This document shows positions 50,520-62,100 of a stretch of DNA of 64,000 bases, piece after piece. Source of the DNA: Ginglymostoma cirratum (taxonomy: Eukaryota); NCBI GenBank assembly GCA_024137785.1, contig JAHRHZ010000040.1:5046086-5110085 (forward strand), written 5' to 3'. Numbering within the stretch: position 1 is the stretch's first letter; each line of letters opens with the position of its first letter. A program made the translations under genes and the position numbers. A model generated the notes under the pieces. That model had not been told where the DNA came from. It saw nothing but the letters and a program-made list of their open reading frames with translations, and made no database searches.

Positions 50520-51598
50520 CCATCACAATCTGTAACTACTTCATCTGACATATTCTGCTCTTTACCTTAATCATCAAACCAGTGGTGACTAACATCAGTT
50601 CAGTGAGGAATGAAGAAAGTATGGCTGGGGAAACATGAGACAAATGTTTAAATGAGGTGCTGATGTAATGAAGCTTCAACACAGGACTTTATGCCTACTA
50701 AATGAGAGAAAGCATGATGTGGATAACGTTAGATGATATTGCATCCCATGGATCTGATAAAATCCTGCTGCATCCATTTGTGAGCGATGCCAGACATTTA
50801 AACAATTAATAAAAGTAGTTTTCTCCTTGAACAACTCTCTCCTCAGTTTTGGTGGCACCCAGGGCTCAGAGTAAAGTACAAGGCTGAAGCATTCATAACC
50901 ATAGTCAACTAGAAGTGCCAAGTGGATAATCCATCTTAGCCTCCTCCTGAGCTCCCCACCATCATAAATATTGGCCTTTAGTGAATTCAATTCAGTCTAC
51001 GTAATATTACTAAATAGCTGAACATTCTAGATACCGAAAAAAGCTATGTGCTCAACAACGTTCTGTCTTTTTCTCTTTAAATGTGAAGAACTAGCATAAT
51101 CTCTAACCAAGCAGCTCTAACGCAGCTACTTGACTTACATTTGCCCAAAAAGGTAGCAAACTGCCCAGATGCTCCACTAATCATAAGCAGGACAAAGCCA
51201 AGGGGGCAAATTACTACACCATCAGCCTGTACTCAATCATCAACAAGTAACTGAATGGCTCAGCAGTATTCGTGCCACGTGGCACTTGGCCATCAATACA
51301 TTTTTCAGTGATGCTCTGCTTGGATTCTACCATGACATGAAGCTCCAGGCCTCATTACACCTTTTGTCTTTCAATGGATAATAATGCAGAATTCCAGGCA
51401 GGGCTGAAATGACTGCCTTTCACATAGAAGTACAGTTTGGTGCAGGGTGTATAAAATTGATATCAATGAGAATCAGGAGGATTTTTTTTTACTTTTTTGA
51501 GTCATGTCAATAGTATGGTTATCATTTTTGAGACCTTGAGGAGATCACTTCAAGAGTTTGTCAGGGTGTTGGCATAACAATAACCACCTGTTTTTCAT
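50520..51598 (+). mobile_element. Ancient LINE-B fragment, continued at 56248-56975 after the Penelope insertion
   Basis: caggacaaagccaag...aattactacaccatcagcctgtactcaatcatcaacaag (NYxPISLLSIISK); breaks just after the GVPQG-equivalent and resumes at IIRSEV (56250). Confidence 0.65.
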
Positions 51599-51791
51599 GA
51601 ACAAAGACAGAAGTTGCTGGAAAAGCTCAGCAGGTCTGGCAGCATTGTGAAGAAAAGTCAGAGATCACGTTTTGACTCCAGTGACCCTTTCTCAGAACGG
51701 ATGGTAGTTAGAAAAATAACACAACAACAACTAAAACAAAGTTGCTGGAAAAGCTCAGCAGGTCTGGCAGCATCTGTGGAGGAGAAGACAG

Positions 51792-51829
51792 AATTAACGT
51801 TTCGGGTCCGGTGACCCTTCCTCAGAACT
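51792..51829 (-). ncRNA. Minimal hammerhead ribozyme (family B), core intact
   Basis: Reverse complement AGTT-CTGAGGA-A-GGGTC-ACCG-GACCC-GAAAC-GTT-AATT: 4-bp stem I, 5-bp stem II, palindromic ACGT stem III. Confidence 0.72.
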
Positions 51830-54800
51830 GATGGTGGCTGGGAAAACGTCATCCTATATGCAGAACATAGGGAAGTGGGTGGGGTAGGGAGTAAACGATA
51901 GGATAGAGCCCAAAGAGAGAGAAAGAAAGAAAGTAATTAGGAAAATGTCAGTTTATATGCAGAGAATAGGCTGGAGGATGGGAGTAAGGAGTAAATAATA
52001 CTTCGAGCCCAAAGAGAGAGAAGAACAGTTGAATGAACAAAGGAGTTGATAACGATCTGGCTAGGAGGGTGAATAGCTGTTAATGGGGACTGTTAGTGAC
52101 TAACAATAGGTAGTGTGTAATGGCCGGCTATGTGATAACAAGGCCTGTTATAATGCAGGGGGCTAGGACATGGGAGAGTTCAGACCCTAAAATTATTGAA
52201 CTCAATATTGAGTCTGGAGGGCTGCAGGGTCTCTGAGTGGAAAATGAGGTGTTGTTCTGCCAACTTGTGCTGAGCTTCGCTGGAACACAGCAGCAAGCCA
52301 GAGACAGAGTTGTTGGCCAGGGAGCAGGGTTGTGTGTTAAAGTGGCAGGCAATTGGTAGCTCAGGGCTTTTTGTCGGGCAGAACGTCGGTATTCTGTGAA
52401 GAGGTCACCTGTTCGATGCTTTGTTTCCCCAGTGTAGAAGAGACCACATTGTGAGCAGTGAATGCGATAGACTAGATTCTGGGAAGTGCAGGTGAAGTGT
52501 TGCTTCACCTGGAAGGTATGTTTAGGCCCTTGGATACTGAGGAGAACGGTGGTAAATGAGCAGGTGTTACACTGCAGCGGTTGCAGGGGAAGGTGTCGTG
52601 GGGCTGTGGGAGGGTGTCAGGAGTGAAGGAAGAGTGGACTAGGGTGTCCCGGAGGGAATGTTCCCTGCAGAAGGCAGACATTTTAGGGGAGGGAAATATG
52701 TCTGGTGGTGGCATCACACTGGATTTGGCAGGAATGGCATTTGATAATCTGGATGTGATGCTGGTGGCATGGTAGGTAAGGACAAGGGGAACCCTATCGC
52801 TGTTGCAGGACGTAAGAGAAGGGGTGAGGGTAGCATTGAGGGAAATGGGTCAGACCTGGTTGAGGGCCCTGTCAACAACAGTGCTGGAGAATCTTTGGTT
52901 GAGGAAGAAGGTGGAAATTTCGGTGGCTCCCTTGTTGGATGAATTGCCCTCATTGGAACTTATACGATGGAGACAGAGGAACTGAGAGAATGGAATGGAG
53001 TCTTTACAGAAAGCAGGGTGCGAGGATGTATAGTCCATGTAGCTGTGGGAGTTGGTGGGTTTATGGTGGATATTAATGGCCAGTCTATCAACAGAAATGG
53101 AAACAGAGATGTTGAAGAAGGGAAAGAAGGAGGCAGACATAGACCAGGAGAAAGTGTGGTAAGGTGGAAATTGGAAGCAAAATTGATGAGCTTTTTCAAT
53201 TCCAAATGAGCAAGGGAATCACCACTGATGATATCATCAATATAGTGGAGAAAGAGTTGCGGGTGAGAGCAGGAATAGGACTGGAACAAGGAAAGTTCCA
53301 CGAACCCAACGACGTGACAGGCATAACTGGAGCGCTTGTGGATATTCATGGCCACCCCTCTGACCTGAAGAAAATGAGAGAAGTTAATAGAGAAGTCGTT
53401 GAGGGTGAGAATGAGCTCAGCCAGGTGGAGGAGGGTGGTGGGTGGGGACGGTTCAGGCATTGCTCCAGGAAGAAGTGGAGAGCCCTGAGACCCTTCTGGT
53501 TGGGGATGGATGTGTAAAGGGATTGCATGTTCATGGTGAAGAGGAGGCAGCCGGAATCTGTAAACTGGGAATTCTGAAACTGGCATAAAGCTTCAGGAGA
53601 GTCACAGATGTATGTGGGCAGGGATCGGACCAGGAGAGAAAAGACTGATTCAAGTTAGGAAGAGGTGTGTTTTGTGAGGCAGGAGCAGGCTGAGACAATG
53701 GGTCTGCCCGGACAGTAATGTTTGTGGATTTTCAGAAGGTATAGAAGTGAGCTGTGCGGTGCTCAGGGTCTATCAGCTTGGAGGCAGAGAGGGGCAGATC
53801 ACCAGATGAAATGAAGTCAGTTACTGCAGTTGATACAATGGCCTGATGTGCCTTGGTGGGGTCATGGTCCAGAGGAAGATAGGAGGAGGTATCTGAGAGT
53901 TGGTGCTCAGCCTCTGCAATGTAGAGGTCAGCACACCAGACGACAACAGCACCGCGCTTATCCGCAGGCTTAATAACAAAGTCAGGGTTTGATCTAAGTG
54001 CTCAGAGTGCAGTCGGTTTGGAGGGAGATAGATTGGTTTGGGTGAGTGGGACAAAGAAATTGAAGCAACCTATGTCACGTTGACAGTTCTCAATCAACAG
54101 ATCGAGTGCAAGTAAAAGGCCGGCCGGAGGGTTCCAGGTGCAGGGAGAGTGTTGGAACTGGGCAAATGGGGCCTGTGGGACGGGGAGAGGACTCTTGTTC
54201 AAATAAATGGGCACTGAGAAGAAGACGACAGAAGAAGAGTTCGACGTCATGTCGTGTCTGAAATTTGTAAATGTGGGGACTCATAGCAATAAAGCTGAGG
54301 TCTTTGCTCAATACAGAACATTCAGCATCAGAGCACAGACTATTAGGTGGGATGGTGAATACACGACAGGTGGTAGGGTTGGGGGAGGGCATGGAGTCAG
54401 AGGGAAAGGGAGGGGAGAAAAGTTCCAGAGGGCCATGGGTGTCTCTGAGTTGTTGAATCTTGATGCTTGAAAGGAAAAGAAAAAGTCTCTGGCTCACCTG
54501 GCAAATGATCCGAAGGATGAAGTGGAACTGCGGAGTGGTGCAGCCCCGAGCCAGTGTGATGCTGTTGGAGAGAAAAATCGAGTGTGCATATGACACAGCA
54601 TGGCACTGAGTGTGGCTTGCAGGATGCGGTGAGAGCAGCTGTTTATGTGAACATCATGGAGATACCTGTGATCCTGGGAGGATTCAAAGCACGAGGGATT
54701 AAACGTCAGTTGGGATCCATGTGGGGTGAGTCTGAGCCGGAGGCAGTCACCGAGGAATGTGATATGGCTGTGGAAACAAGTTTTAGCAAATACCTTGTTA

Positions 54801-56098
54801 AAAGCCAGGAGTGACAGTGAAATTAATATTTGTGGACAAGAAAAAAGATTGGAATGGAAATCCCGTCAGAGACAGGAGCAGAACTTCTTCAAGGTGGGCA
54901 TGCCTCGGAGTTATGTGGCAATGAGTTAAATACTAAAAAACTGAAAGACTATGGGTGCTGTAAATCAGGAACTAAAACAGAAATTGCTGGAAAAGCTCAA
55001 CAGTTCTACTTGGACTATATATCCTCACACCCTGCTTTCTGTAAAAACTCCATTCCATTCTCTCAGTTCCTCCATCTCCGTTGTATGTGTTCTGATGAGG
55101 CCAACTTCGACGAGAGAGCCTACGAAATGACAACCTTCTTCATCAAACAAGGATTCCCCAGCACCGTTGTCGACAGGGCCCTCAACCGGGTCTGATCCAT
55201 CCCCCTCACTTCTGTCCTCATACTCTCTCTTCCCTCCTGCAACAGCGATAGGGTTCCCTTTGTCCTTACCTACCATCCCACCAGCATTTACACCCAGAAG
55301 ATCATCAGCCTCCTATTTCTGCCACCTCCATCAGGCATGTATTTCTCTCACCTCCCTTGCCTGCTTTCTGGAGGGATTGCTCCCTCCGGGACACCCTGGT
55401 TCATTCTTCCTTCGCTCCCAACACCCTCCCACTGCCCCATGGCACCTTCTCCTGCAAACACAGTTGGTGTAACACCAGCCCAATTACCTTCTTCTTCCCA
55501 AGGGCTCAAACTTACCTTTCAGGTGAAGCAGCACTTTACCTGCACTTCCCACTGTCTGGTCTATTGCATTTGCTGCTCACAATGTGGCTACCTCTACATT
55601 GGGAGATGAAGCATAGACTGGGTGACTGCTACAGAACATCTATGTCCTGCCCACAAAAAGGACCCTGAGCTACCTGTTGCCAGCCACTTTAACACACCAC
55701 CCTGTTCCCTGGCCAACATCTCTGTCTCTGGCTTGTTATAGTGTTCCAGTGAAGCTCAGTGCAAGCTGGAAGAATGCACCTCAATTTCCACTTGGGGATC
55801 CTGCAGCCCTCTGAATTCAATATCAAGTTCAATAATTCTAACCTCTTCCATGTCTTAGCCCCCTTTCCCACACACTAGCCCTTGTTATCACATAACCTGC
55901 CATTACACACTACATATTGTAGTCACTAACAGTCCCCATTAACAACTATTCACCCTCCTAGCCAGATCGTTATCACTTCCTTTGCTCATCCGACTGTTCT
56001 TCTTTCTCTTTGGGCTCTATTCCTACCTATCGTTTACCCCCAACCCCCTCCTGCTTCCCTATCTTCTGCATATAAACCAACATTTTCCTAGTTACCAC

Positions 56099-56138
56099 GA
56101 GTTCTGAGGAAGGGTCACTGGACCCAAAATGTTAACTC
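56099..56138 (+). ncRNA. Minimal hammerhead motif (family B), CpG-decayed
   Basis: GAGTT-CTGAGGA-A-GGGTC-ACTG-GACCC-AAAAT-GTT-AACTC: perfect 5-bp stems I and II, GAAAC mutated. Confidence 0.55.
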
Positions 56139-56694
56139 TGATTTTTCTTCACCGATGCTGCCAGACCTGCTGAACTTTTCCAGCAACTTCTCTTTTCGTT
56201 CCTGATTTTCAGCATCAGCAGTTCTTTCGATTTTTATTATTTTTATAATATCATAAGATCAGAAGTGAGAATAGTTGTTGATCAATACTTACCTCTCAGT
56301 TCTGTTCTTAACTTCTCAGATAATGAAGCAGTCCATGCAGCAAGACCTGGACAACATCAGGTTTGGGTTGGAAATAAAAAGTATTGTGCATACCACACAA
56401 CTCCTTGGCAACAACAATCTGTAACAAGTGAAAGATTGGTTACCATAATGTTCATTGGTTTGACCATCATCAAATCCTATCCTATCAACATTCTGGATAT
56501 AGCCATCCACCACATTGATACACATTCCCTCCACTACAAGTGCAATGTGGTTGCAGTATGTGCCATCTCTATGTGGAATGTAACAATTCACACTGGCCTG
56601 TTCAAAAGCATCTCTCTGGTGTACAATATTTCTCCCCGAGAAGGGCAAGGCTAACAGACAGATGGGAACACTGTCATCTTCAAGTTCCCCTCCA

Positions 56695-56938
56695 AGGCTA
56701 CTACTTTTTCTGGTGACAGTGAGCTAAAGCAACTCTGTCCACACATAAGGTCTAATTTTTTTTAAAAATTGGTCATTAGGGTAAAATAACTAGTGATAGT
56801 GATTTATAAATGACTGTTATGGATAGTAGCTTAAGCATGCTTGAGCATAGTTAATACTTAAGTACAGCCCTTAATTGTTGTGACTCAGAAAATTCTGACA
56901 GTGCCAGGCACTAGGAAGACTCAGGGTGTAAACTCTAC
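56695..56938 (+). repeat. Near-identical direct copy of 58007-58257
   Basis: ~245 bp differing by a few substitutions, homopolymer length and one small indel; interrupts the LINE-B 3' UTR (aagttcccctccaag|...|tcatcctgtcttggaaatatatc). Confidence 0.95.
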
Positions 56939-57034
56939 TATCATCCTGTCTTGGAAATATATCACTGTCTTTGCATTGGATTTGCATTTGGCGATGTGAG
57001 AAAGTAATATTTAAATGCAAGCTGTTTCTTTCAA

Positions 57035-57525
57035 TAATCAGCCAAAGTATTGTGTGCAATTTTGGTCACTACCCTTGAGGAAGGATGTCAAGGCCTTGGA
57101 GGAGGCACGTACAAGATTAGGCATGAGGGATTGGTCTCCTAACGCAGAGAAGGCTAAGAGGTTACGTAACAGAGGTGCTAAAAATTTTAGTGGGCTTTTG
57201 GTAGCATAAATAAGAAAAATCCCTCTTTCCTGGTGTATGGGTCAGAAATTAGACAACAGAACATAAACTAATTGGCCAAAAAAAATGAGGAACATTTGTC
57301 TTACTCAGCAAGTTGGTACAATCTGGATCATACTGTCTGAAAGGATGACAGAAGCCATTTCAATGCCAACTTCTAAAATAGAATTGCTGTATACTTAAAG
57401 AAGAAAAATTGACAGGTCAATGAAGAAAGATCAAGTGATTGGAACTAATCAGATAATACTTTCAAAGGGCCACACATGTTTCAAGGTCAAATGGATTCCT
57501 TCTGTGTTGTAAGATTTTATAATCC
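57035..57525 (+). mobile_element. Degenerate CR1 3' fragment
   Basis: KYCVQFWSLPLRKDVKALEE; tail ggtcaaatggattccttctgtgttgtaagatt. Confidence 0.75.
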
Positions 57526-58426
57526 TCGGAATATGTAAGGACTTGAGAATGAGATCAAGGAGGTGAGTTCAAAAGAAAGCCCTGGCAAAGGCCCAACAGA
57601 CCATGGTCTTCACATATGTTTTACTGTTTCTCTCTGGGCTACTTTTCTGTGCTATTTTTATGCAGGCCTAAAAACTTGTTTAAATTGGCTAAAACGTGAG
57701 TAAAAATAGTTTACACACAGCTGTGTTACAAGCACATTAAATGTTTGTGACATGAACTTCGTTGATCAGAAGTTCTAGCCTATAATGACTTAATGCCCCA
57801 CTGGACCACAGGGAAATCAATGCTTAATGACCCATTTAACTTCCAGTAGCATTGACTTTGGCAGCAGCATAGTAACGTAAATGAGGTAGCATTGGTGCCT
57901 CCAGAGACTCCCAAACCCACTTAGAGGAGCCATTTTAGCCAACATTTCTGGAGACAGCACCACCAGAATATATGCATTACCTCTGGGATAGAGGAGAAGG
58001 GTACAGAGGCTAGTACTTTTTCTGGTGACAGTGAGCTAAAGCAACTCCGCCCACACATAAGGTCTAATTTTTTTTTTAAAAAATTGGTCATTAGGGTAAA
58101 ATAACTAGTGATAGTGATTTATAAATGACTGTTATGGATAGTAGCTTAAGCATGCTTGAGCATAGTTAATACTTAACTGAGTACAGCCCTTAATTGTTGT
58201 GACTCAGAAAATTCTGACAGTGCCAGGCACTAGGAAGACTCAGGGTGTAAACTCTACATTGTGAAATCAGCATTCTTAAAACGGACAACTTGGCTTACTT
58301 AAACATTTAACCATTTTAATTATACTGATGAGACATCCAGAATTAATGACAGAATGCCGCTCCCTGCCACCACTTCACTCCCCTCCTCTCACCACTTATT
58401 TTCATTAAAGACATTCAGAAGCCTAT

Positions 58427-58521
58427 TTTCTGATGAAGGGTTTAGGCCCGAAACGTCAAGTTTTCCTGCTCCTATGATGCTGCTTGACCTGCTGTGTTCA
58501 TCCAGCCCCATGCTTGTTATC
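58427..58521 (+). mobile_element. Solo Penelope terminal-repeat cassette (family A) with exact 12-bp TSD
   Basis: tcagaagcctat at 58415-58426 and 58522-58533. Confidence 0.9.
58430..58457 (+). ncRNA. Minimal hammerhead ribozyme core (family A), intact
   Basis: CTGATGA-A-GGGT-TTAG-GCCC-GAAAC-GTC, with short tt/aa stem I. Confidence 0.68.
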
Positions 58522-59560
58522 TCAGAAGCCTATGCAATCTCTTTTACAAACTTTAACTTTTTGTAAATGCTAATATTTATTCCTCATTTTAAATCATGGA
58601 TGTAGGATGGTGAGAAATACAAATGAATGCTGATGATATTTGCCCATCAACGATTTTTAACCTTCCTTCAAAAATGAACAGCAAAAATGAATAGATCCTC
58701 ACAAGAGAATGATTTGTATAATTCTTGCTTCTTATGCATTTTCAGGTTTATATAGAAGGATGAAACAAAAATAAGGTAGTTCATTAATAAATGCTAGTGT
58801 GTGGTTGGGAGAGCAGTGGGTTGTCTTCCCAAGATCACTGCCAAGTGAAATATGCAATTATAACCTTTGTTACTTTAATTATTTCACTTTTTTACTGTTT
58901 GGGAACAATCCCAGAATTAAATTTTGTGGTGTTCGGCTCCACTTGATAATTATAACTTTAGTAACTGGTGAATAAATGAAGTTTTATTTACCTTTTGTTC
59001 ATAACATTGAAACTACTAAACAAGGGGAGAAAAACAGAGATTAAAGGATGGATTTCAAAAGAATTAACTTTTAAAGGAGACTAAAAATAAAATATGCAAT
59101 GCTGAATATTGGATTATGTACTCAGACAATGAACTGAACTATGCTGACAGAATGAGCTGTTGAAAGGATTCTGTGGAGGGTTCCAAGTAGAAGGAATTGA
59201 GAACCAGGCAGGAAAGTTTTGGCTGACATTACTGATGAATTAACTGTTTTATAAGTTTATGGTTCTGAAAGAATTAACTTGAAGGTGCACTATGCTCCAT
59301 CCTTATCTGATGCTGTCACACATTCTTTGGGGGATGAATCAGGCAACTTGGAATGAGGTCCCCAAGGAAACACACATATCATCTCTGGCTTCTGAAGGTC
59401 TTAACTAGTTATGCCTAATAAGTCAATATGACTTGTAACTATTGCTATCATGCAATGAACTGCCTTTTGTAAATGTAAGACAAGCGTTACTTCTTGTTAC
59501 AACTCATTAGTGGTCTATCTTCTACCATTAATGATTAGACAGTGTCGTAGATTCATCTTA

Positions 59561-59892
59561 GGTGGTAGAGCGGTAGTGCCCCTACCTGTGAGCCAGGTGG
59601 TGGGAATTCAAGCCCCATTAGCTTTGGAGGTGTGCAATAACATTGCTGAGGTTGTTTAGAAACTATCGAGAGATTTCTGGGCAATCATAATGTAGTGGTA
59701 GTGTCCCAAGCTTTGAGCCAGGAGATTTGGATTCAAGTGCCAGTTCCTCCAGAGGTGTTTTGGTGCATATCTGAGAAGGTTGATTTAATATACCTGGAAA
59801 CGTGGCTCAGTGAGTCAGGAGACCTGGGTTTGAGTTCCACCTCCTCCACTGGTGTCTAATAATTTCTGAAAAGAGGTTGATTAGAAAATATC
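59561..59892 (+). repeat. Three tandem diverged tRNA-like (Pol III head) units of ~90-115 bp
   Basis: Each has tgag(c/t)cagg...ttcaag/tttgag B-box-like segment...ggtgt...aggttg(a/t)tt(a/t)gaa; units begin ~59561, ~59688, ~59804. Confidence 0.7.
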
Positions 59893-60815
59893 AACAGCAC
59901 TCAGTGGAGAAGTAACAGGGTAACAGCAAGCTCCAAATGGAAGCCTCCACATCCAAGTTCGGAAGAAGTGCAAGAAAAACTCTATGGGTTAGGAACTGAG
60001 TAAAAGATAGAGCTCTTAAAGAGAAAAGCTCTGAGAGTGATTGAGAGGTCCAGGAGTACTGTTAGAGGCCTCTGAAGGCAAGGGGGTAAATTTTAATGAA
60101 AGAAGTGCAAAATACAAAGCTGGGAAGAGTCATAAGGACAGGAATATTTACCCTTTAAAGCAGGCTTTCCCACCATCTTGAATAGGCCTCATGAGGCACA
60201 ACTACAGCAGATAGGCCGAGGACCAGAAAATTAATTTATACCAAGACTGCAGTAACAGAAAGCTGGAGCAGTTATTTAAGGTGACAAAAAGAGAAATATA
60301 AAAGATTTGAAGAAAGAGTCCAACAGCAGAAAAGGTTAAAATATTTTTTAAGAGTAAAGAAGTTAAGAATACATGGTATAAACAGCAAAATCAGTGAGCA
60401 GATCTATTTAGACAGTGCCACATGAATTTATTTAAAAGATGATACAAGAGAATGTATGTTGTGTTTTGAGACTTGAAAGATCAGAAAACATCCATTTTGC
60501 CCAAAAAGAAATAAGAATCCTCCACTGTGGATGCGGAAGGTAAGAAAACACTACAGAATGTGGGATGCCACCATCTTGCTTGTTAAAAAAGGTGTAGAAA
60601 CTCCACGAAATAGCATACAAACATGATATTACGATTTAATACAAATTAAAGCTTGAAAGGAGTGATGAAATACAGTTTAGCCTGTTAACTGAGCTCAAAG
60701 CTTTATTGAAATAATTTAATACAGTATTAATGAAATACAGAAGTTAAAATCTTAGAGGCAAAAAGCATCTTCAGGATTTTTATATTGCAAAAGTATTGAA
60801 ACTTTAAGATAACAG

Positions 60816-60962
60816 TTGAAAGCAAAATACTGCAGATGCTGTAAATCTGAAACAAACACAGAGAACGTTGGAGAAACTCAGCAGATCTAGAAACATCTGC
60901 AGTGAGAGAAGGAGATAATGGTTCGCATCTAGAGTGATTCTTCTTCAGAGCTTCTTAGCTTT
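60816..60962 (-). mobile_element. Old solo Penelope terminal-repeat cassette
   Basis: aaatactgcagatgctgtaaatctgaaacaaacacagag...ctcagcagatctag...ttcttcagag; flanks ctttaagataacag / ctttaagtcaacag may be a decayed TSD. Confidence 0.65.
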
Positions 60963-61659
60963 CTTTAAGTCAACAGAATTTAAACAGCATTGATTTCATG
61001 CAAAAGGACTGAACAAGTGCACAGAAAACAACATTTGAAATGGTAAGAGCAGGGGTAGCAGCCCAGTCAGTCCTCATGCATTTCAACCCACAAGGAGAAA
61101 TACACCACAATAGATAAATTAGGAAATGTGATTGGAGTTATAATCTCACAATACATTGCAGAAAGCAAACAACCAATTTCTTATGCATCGTACTCATTGG
61201 CAGTTACTGAACATAAATACTTTACCGGCGTGGCAAGAAGCTGCCTATATCCACTCTTATGAACATTGGTGGATGTATCTCTATGATGGATCATTTACTT
61301 TCTGCACTCATCACCTGACATTGGCTGCATTCCCACATCAGAATCTGGCCTTCAATCTTGATTACATTAATAGACAAACAGCTCATCTAAATCCCTGTCA
61401 TTTTGCAGTTCAGTGTTTCATAGATTGATTCAATAAAATTGATCGTACAGGAGCATAATCTCAAGTTCATAGATTTCAGCATAGATGTCAGAGACCAACA
61501 TAAATCAAAGACTTTCTGGAAAAACTGACAAGTTGAACTCAAAGAACTGACTTGATGTATAAATGTTTGCTGTTTAAGAGCAATTAAAATAAAGCCTTCT
61601 AATTTTACGAAGGATAGAATGATATCTTGTTCAATTGTTCAGTATTTGAGTAAGCGAGT

Positions 61660-62100
61660 CTGTTTACTGCTGATGCTCACTGTACTTGATTAGGTGTGGT
61701 TTCAGATAAAAGTTAAAAAAAAACACATTGCGTTGCTGGAAGCAAAGAGTTCAATGCATGAAAAAGACATTTTAAAGCATTGTGAATAAAACATGTTGCA
61801 CACATACAAAGAACTGTCATCTTTGCGCAGATCTGAGATATAAATATAAAACAGCCATTAGGGACATTTCCCAGGAAAGAGCCAGAGACCAGGATCACCA
61901 GTCTGTAACACAAGGTAGGCAGCCATTTAATGGATAATTGGTCCTATAGGTCCATTTTTATGAGCAGTATTTTACCATCACCTGGATGACTCACCATCTC
62001 AATGAAGGCAGTGTTCTTGCAACAGATAAAGGGGCCTTTGAAAGCATCATGTCACAAAGAGGGAGCCATTCTTAGAGACATAAATGTTTACCCCTTAGAA
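61660..62100. promoter_or_regulatory. Candidate conserved non-coding element
   Basis: Repeat-free tract with TGTTTAC (forkhead), TAATGG/TAATTG (homeodomain), TTCCCAGGAA (STAT-like), TGACTCA (AP-1), TTTTATGA. Confidence 0.25.

Larger units (their letters stand above)
51600..56240 (-). mobile_element. Penelope-like (Neptune-type, family B) composite: near full-length decayed ORF on minus (~52180-54790) plus inverted 3' copy on plus (55005-56240)
   Basis: MNMQSLYTSIPNQKGLRALHFFL; FLQVRGVAM...FLHYIDDII; TFPCNRC Cys linker; FTCTSQNLVYRIHCSQCGLFYTGETK (GIY-YIG); plus copy FTCTSHCLVYCICCSQCGYLYIG. Confidence 0.92.

Noticed and set aside
52960-53586. Longest real ORF (208 aa) as an intact gene
   Set aside because: A frameshifted piece of Penelope RT; neighbouring motifs lie in other frames
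58790-59501. Possible second solo LTR (TG...CA)
   Set aside because: No TSD, partner LTR or internal sequence visible; too weak to call
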